Positions 59,804 through 64,000 of a DNA stretch of 64,000 bases are shown here, one piece after another. Source of the stretch: an uncultured virus (IMG/VR IMGVR_UViG_2902076858_000006) (lineage: Duplodnaviria > Heunggongvirae > Uroviricota > Caudoviricetes); the IMG/VR virus record IMGVR_UViG_2902076858_000006. The stretch is one strand, 5' to 3'. Below the pieces are notes generated by a model that was not told the origin of the DNA, made no database searches, and saw nothing but the letters and a program-made list of their open reading frames with translations. Every line of letters starts with the position of its first letter. The first letter of the stretch is position 1. Both the position numbers and the translations under genes were made by a program.

Positions 59804-62800
59804 CTACCCTAAATAACCTATTTTTGCCGCTAACTGATTGTTTTCATCGTAAACATAAATAGTATTATTCGTGATCACTAACCGCCCTTTTGTTCCTCCT
59901 GAGTTTATATCTAACCGTCCACGAAATACCGCATCATTTAATTCCACATTCCCTGTTGTGGCATCAATATTAAATCCTTTCTTGCCAGCTGAATAATTAG
60001 TGGATGTGATTTTTTTACCTACCGATAATTTATCAATAGTTGCCTTGCTAAATAACGCATCATTGAAAAAAGCTTGTCCATTTTGGATCACAAAAGGCGT
60101 CACCACTTTACCGTTTAATGACGATATCACTGCAAAGTTTTGGGCATTAACCAGAAATTGACTATTTCCTTGTGCATTAAACCCTAAGCCAATGCCAGTA
60201 ATGACTTTATTCCCTTTGCTATCTTGCTGAACTTTCATTGTCCATGATGCCGAAATGTTGCCATTTATGTCTGTGACCACTTTCGAAGTTTGTTCGATTT
60301 TGGCTGAACTTGTACCCACTTGGCTTTCTAAGCGAGTGACCTGCAGGGCGGTCGAGATCACTTTACCTGAAACCTCAGTCACCTTAGTTTCAAGTTGGTT
60401 TACCGCATTCGCCGTTGCATTGGCTTTCTGTTCGCTGGATTTAGGTACTTCATTCGCCACAAATCCTTTCGGTACCACCGATTGTTTGTTATTGGTGTAA
60501 GTGCTGGTGATGATTTGATGATTAACACTTTTATGCTTAGTGAGTTGGTATTTAGCGCCTCCTCGCAAATAGATATATTCCACAGAGCCATTCGTTAATT
60601 GAGCTGGTCCCATCACAGGGGATTGATTTGTCCATTTCCAATCAAAATTATCAATGATACGGTTTTCAGACTGTGTTCCCCATCCAGAACCACTGACTAG
60701 CCATTCCACAATCATGGCAAAGCCTTTGGTGCTGTGAGTTGCATAGCTGGGTTTATTGTCTGAATATTGCCCTAAGGTTCTAAAGACCTTAAAGGCATAA
60801 CGTCGAGAGGTTACTAATGGCAAAATCACCGGATAATAGGTGTTTTCATTGAGTTTAGATAAATCTAAATCCACCACCACAGACTCCGTTAAATCGGCTT
60901 TCACTTTATCTAATTTGCTGGATAACGTTTGTACCTGAGAGGTTGCGGATGTCACTTTGCCATCAATATTAGATACTCGCGTATTTAATGCATTTACTGC
61001 ACTACTATCAGCTTTCCCCTTAAGATTTGAATTGAGCGTTGAAATCTCTTGCGTTTGTGCTTGCTGTTTCGAGGTGAGGGTTTCTAGTGATTTATTAATC
61101 GCGGAAACATTCCCATTCATCCGTGTTTCCAGTGATTGTCTGGCTTTGGCTTCCGCTTGGTCACCTGTAACTCGCGCTTGCTTCTCGGCGAAGATAAGTC
61201 CTGCGGTGACTTTCGATAAATCATTGCCGGTATAATCACCACGAAGTTGAGTGGCTAAGGATTGCCGTTGTTGTGCTTCGGTTTGATCACCCTCAATACG
61301 TGCTTGTTGCTCTTGTTTGATTGCAGCGGCCTGTGCTTCTGTTGCCGTTGAAACTTTATTCATCCGCTCAGCCAGTAATTTTTCTGATTCCTCCCGTTTT
61401 TTTTCACTTTCTTCAATCGTCGCGCCTTGCCTCATTGACTCTTCTAAAAGCTTGTCGTGATTTATCCTCATTAACTCATGTAATTCAGTAATATCGATTT
61501 GGTTAGCTTTACTGTTAATTTCACCCAATAGGTCTTGCGCGAGTTGATCTCGACTAATTTGCCCCGCTAATTCCTCAAGAATTAAATCCGTTTGAGAAGA
61601 GCAAGTCCCCGAAGCTTCCACAAAAGGTGATTTACCATAGCTGTTGATTGTTCGAACATAAAAATAATACGTATGCCCTGCTTGTAAATTCTCTTGCGTC
61701 CAGAAATTCCCTTGGCCAACTTTGTTTGTTTTGGTGATCACTTCATTTTCAGAAAGATCAGCAAGTTTTTCCTCACTAAACCAAAACTCAAAGGTATAAC
61801 CAAAGACAGCGCTATCGCCTTGTTTCGGTGCAACGGTCAGATTAAATAAGCCAGAGGTAACATCAATATGCTCTGGAGGCGGTGGTGCTTGAATAGCAAA
61901 ACCACTGATAGCAGGTGCCGACATCGCGCCAGCCACATTTGTCGCCCTAACTTCAACACGATAAGTGCCTCGCGCTAATCCGTTAATATCAACACGCTCA
62001 GCCGGCACCTGAATAGATTGAATAACATTGCCTTCTTGGAGAATAGTAACGGTGTTATAGCGCACATCAGACGCCACATTCTGCCAAGAAAGCGTACCTT
62101 GCACGATGTCACTGACAGCAAGTGGAACAAAGGTAAGATTAATGGGTGAAGCAACACTACCAGTGGGTAAACTCACAAACGGCGGACGCTCAAACGGTTT
62201 GCCAATCACATCTTCATATAAATAGGCACCATCCTCTTCCAACGTTAAAGCCACACCCTCTAAAGCATGAAAAGACCATTCGGCAATACGGAATTCCAGC
62301 CCACTAATCCCCAAAGCCGGTAATTCTAAAAGCACAACTTCACCAGGACGATAAGCATAGCCGTCTAAGTTCATGGTCAATTGAACCCGTCTTCCGGCTT
62401 TCTTTTTACGAAGATATTGGCGGGCTAATCGTTGGGCTTGATAAGGGCTAGTAACAAAACGATAATCGATGTTCTCCCGAATTTCTAAGCCATCCTCTTT
62501 CACCCACTCGTCCACAATCACAGGCGTGAAATCCGTTTTTGTGTATAACTGTTCGGCATCAATAAACGTGCCATACACCGCATTGGTCGCGTCTTTTAAA
62601 CCTGTTTCAGGGGTACACGTGACAGTGCCAATCAATTGTGATTCAGTGATGGTTTTTATTGCAGGCCCATAATAAGCACCAATTTGGATACCGTGTTTTC
62701 CTGCGGTGAATGTCGGTTCCGCGTTGATGCATTTGTGCATCGCCTCCAAAACACTGGATGGACTCTCATTTAAGTCATAGGCGCCATTAAGGGTATATCG

Positions 62801-63562
62801 CGACTCAAATCCGCTTTCTGGTAGACTCACTTTTTCATCACATAAATCGGCCGCCTGTTTAAAGCTGTCAAAATCAATATCCGTATCAGGCACTTTTAAA
62901 TAATGGCGGTAATAATCCAAAATGACTAAAGCCCCATTATTACTCCATGCAGTTTGCCCAGTGCGAGGATCAAACAGATGTTTTCCCCAGACTTCACATT
63001 TCACATTGGGTAATCCATAAGGGAATTTTTCTTGGTCAAACGTGAGTGTCACACGTAACCACGCTAGACCTCGACCAATCATATCCTCTTTCCATGACGA
63101 GCAATTTTTAAGCATAAAGGGATCGGCGTCTTTCCTATCGTTATGTAATTCCCATGAGGCTTTATCACCAAACGTCTCAATGAGATCATCCCCCAACCAA
63201 ATCTTCCCTATTTTCTCTATGGGGTGTCCTGCTAACGCTAATGCCAGTGTGATTTTTTCGTTTTCATCTTGTTCGCCTGCTTCTTCTTCGGCGAAGAAAA
63301 GCAAACCCGATATCACTGTTTTTCCGACGATCACGGTTTCAGGCGCAGACGATGAACGTAACATTTGTTTGCGTTCACTGGTATCTCGATAATTCATGGA
63401 AGGCAGTTTTGGCTTAAAGATAAGCGAACCCGCAACTTGAACCGCAACGCCTGCTGCCATCAGCGCCATCCCCATCGCCGAGGTCACGCCTCCGGTAAAT
63501 AGCCCCGCAATCATTAAGCCTGCGCCCACGACTTTTGAAATTAATCCACCACTCCCACCCAT
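59804..63562 (-). CDS. Tail tip / host specificity protein
   Basis: FN3 repeats, coiled coil, ITGIGLG..SQFLVNA..PFVIQNGQ C-terminus. Confidence 0.9.
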   Translation of the reverse strand: MGGSGGLISKVVGAGLMIAGLFTGGVTSAMGMALMAAGVAVQVAGSLIFKPKLPSMNYRDTSERKQMLRSSSAPETVIVGKTVISGLLFFAEEEAGEQDENEKITLALALAGHPIEKIGKIWLGDDLIETFGDKASWELHNDRKDADPFMLKNCSSWKEDMIGRGLAWLRVTLTFDQEKFPYGLPNVKCEVWGKHLFDPRTGQTAWSNNGALVILDYYRHYLKVPDTDIDFDSFKQAADLCDEKVSLPESGFESRYTLNGAYDLNESPSSVLEAMHKCINAEPTFTAGKHGIQIGAYYGPAIKTITESQLIGTVTCTPETGLKDATNAVYGTFIDAEQLYTKTDFTPVIVDEWVKEDGLEIRENIDYRFVTSPYQAQRLARQYLRKKKAGRRVQLTMNLDGYAYRPGEVVLLELPALGISGLEFRIAEWSFHALEGVALTLEEDGAYLYEDVIGKPFERPPFVSLPTGSVASPINLTFVPLAVSDIVQGTLSWQNVASDVRYNTVTILQEGNVIQSIQVPAERVDINGLARGTYRVEVRATNVAGAMSAPAISGFAIQAPPPPEHIDVTSGLFNLTVAPKQGDSAVFGYTFEFWFSEEKLADLSENEVITKTNKVGQGNFWTQENLQAGHTYYFYVRTINSYGKSPFVEASGTCSSQTDLILEELAGQISRDQLAQDLLGEINSKANQIDITELHELMRINHDKLLEESMRQGATIEESEKKREESEKLLAERMNKVSTATEAQAAAIKQEQQARIEGDQTEAQQRQSLATQLRGDYTGNDLSKVTAGLIFAEKQARVTGDQAEAKARQSLETRMNGNVSAINKSLETLTSKQQAQTQEISTLNSNLKGKADSSAVNALNTRVSNIDGKVTSATSQVQTLSSKLDKVKADLTESVVVDLDLSKLNENTYYPVILPLVTSRRYAFKVFRTLGQYSDNKPSYATHSTKGFAMIVEWLVSGSGWGTQSENRIIDNFDWKWTNQSPVMGPAQLTNGSVEYIYLRGGAKYQLTKHKSVNHQIITSTYTNNKQSVVPKGFVANEVPKSSEQKANATANAVNQLETKVTEVSGKVISTALQVTRLESQVGTSSAKIEQTSKVVTDINGNISASWTMKVQQDSKGNKVITGIGLGFNAQGNSQFLVNAQNFAVISSLNGKVVTPFVIQNGQAFFNDALFSKATIDKLSVGKKITSTNYSAGKKGFNIDATTGNVELNDAVFRGRLDINSGGTKGRLVITNNTIYVYDENNQLAAKIGYLG

Positions 63563-63960
63563 TATTCCACTCTCCACGCTTTGATTGGGTTAATCTGCAC
63601 TGGCTTCACGCCTTGTGGGGTTACGCCCCAATAATGCCCCGCCCAAACCACGGCTAAACTGTCACCGTCCTCACCTTTAAACAGTACAAGGTCGCCACGC
63701 TGAACGTGCTCAATCTCAATAGATTTGAAATAGCGTGATACGGCTTTCTCTAAGGAGCCAAATTTGGATTTGAGCAGATTGAAGGCTTCAGCTTTGGTTT
63801 TATAGTGATTGAGATAAGGCTTTATTGGCGAGAAACCACATTGTGCGTAAATACATTCAGAGGCAAAAATACAACAATCAAATTTGCCCCATGAAAAAGG
63901 GCGACTCATCGCCGCCCTTATGGTTTCAGGTAATTTAAGTGTCCAGTTAGGTTGTTTCAT
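63562..63960 (-). CDS. NlpC/P60-like tail protein (DUF6950-like)
   Basis: PFSWGKFDCCIFA, QRGDLV, KAWRVE. Confidence 0.75.
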   Translation of the reverse strand: MKQPNWTLKLPETIRAAMSRPFSWGKFDCCIFASECIYAQCGFSPIKPYLNHYKTKAEAFNLLKSKFGSLEKAVSRYFKSIEIEHVQRGDLVLFKGEDGDSLAVVWAGHYWGVTPQGVKPVQINPIKAWRVE

Positions 63961-64000
63961 GTACTGACCTTAAATAGCAAAAAACCCACAAAAGTGGGTT

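Larger units (their letters stand above)
52390..64000. mobile_element. Distal (tail and cargo) end of prophage A, continuing right of the window
   Basis: Tail-tip genes then cargo ending at the icd copy. Confidence 0.85.

Noticed and set aside
10861..63392. Numerous antisense or nested ORFs in the track (e.g. 10916-11284, 14321-14623, 31052-31417, 53448-53879, 63042-63392)
   Set aside because: Shadows of well-supported genes, with no SD or motifs

Overview
AT-rich enterobacterial chromosome segment, probably Proteus/Morganellaceae (inferred from composition and the icd peptide). It consists of three lambdoid prophages stacked in tandem at the 3' end of icd. Two 165-bp icd 3'-end copies (3898-4062, 52225-52389) mark the junctions. 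Left (1-4062): a decayed prophage with an integrase stump, psiE/ybgA/blc cargo, a holin fused to the last codons of a deleted endolysin, and a broken Rz. Middle (4063-52389): a streamlined lambda-like prophage. It has int, xis, cI, a replication gene, Q, a methyltransferase, an Hcp-effector-immunity cassette where the holin would normally be, endolysin and spanins, cos, and a complete head and tail operon. It ends in a ~13 kb defence-type cargo island (Gabija, TIR/SEFIR, AbiJ-like nuclease, HEPN proteins, resolvase, Rap1a-like immunity). Right (52390-64000): tail-tip genes of a third prophage, a 1209-aa P-loop NTPase and a foreign ERIC-flanked rlmF. Most notable unexplained signal: ~25-bp imperfect palindromes of two subtypes (core GGCAC or CGCTC) that bracket individual cargo units in both prophages as inverted, one-of-each pairs, suggesting a cassette-like mobilisation system. 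All family assignments come from motif recognition by eye; no database searches were run.
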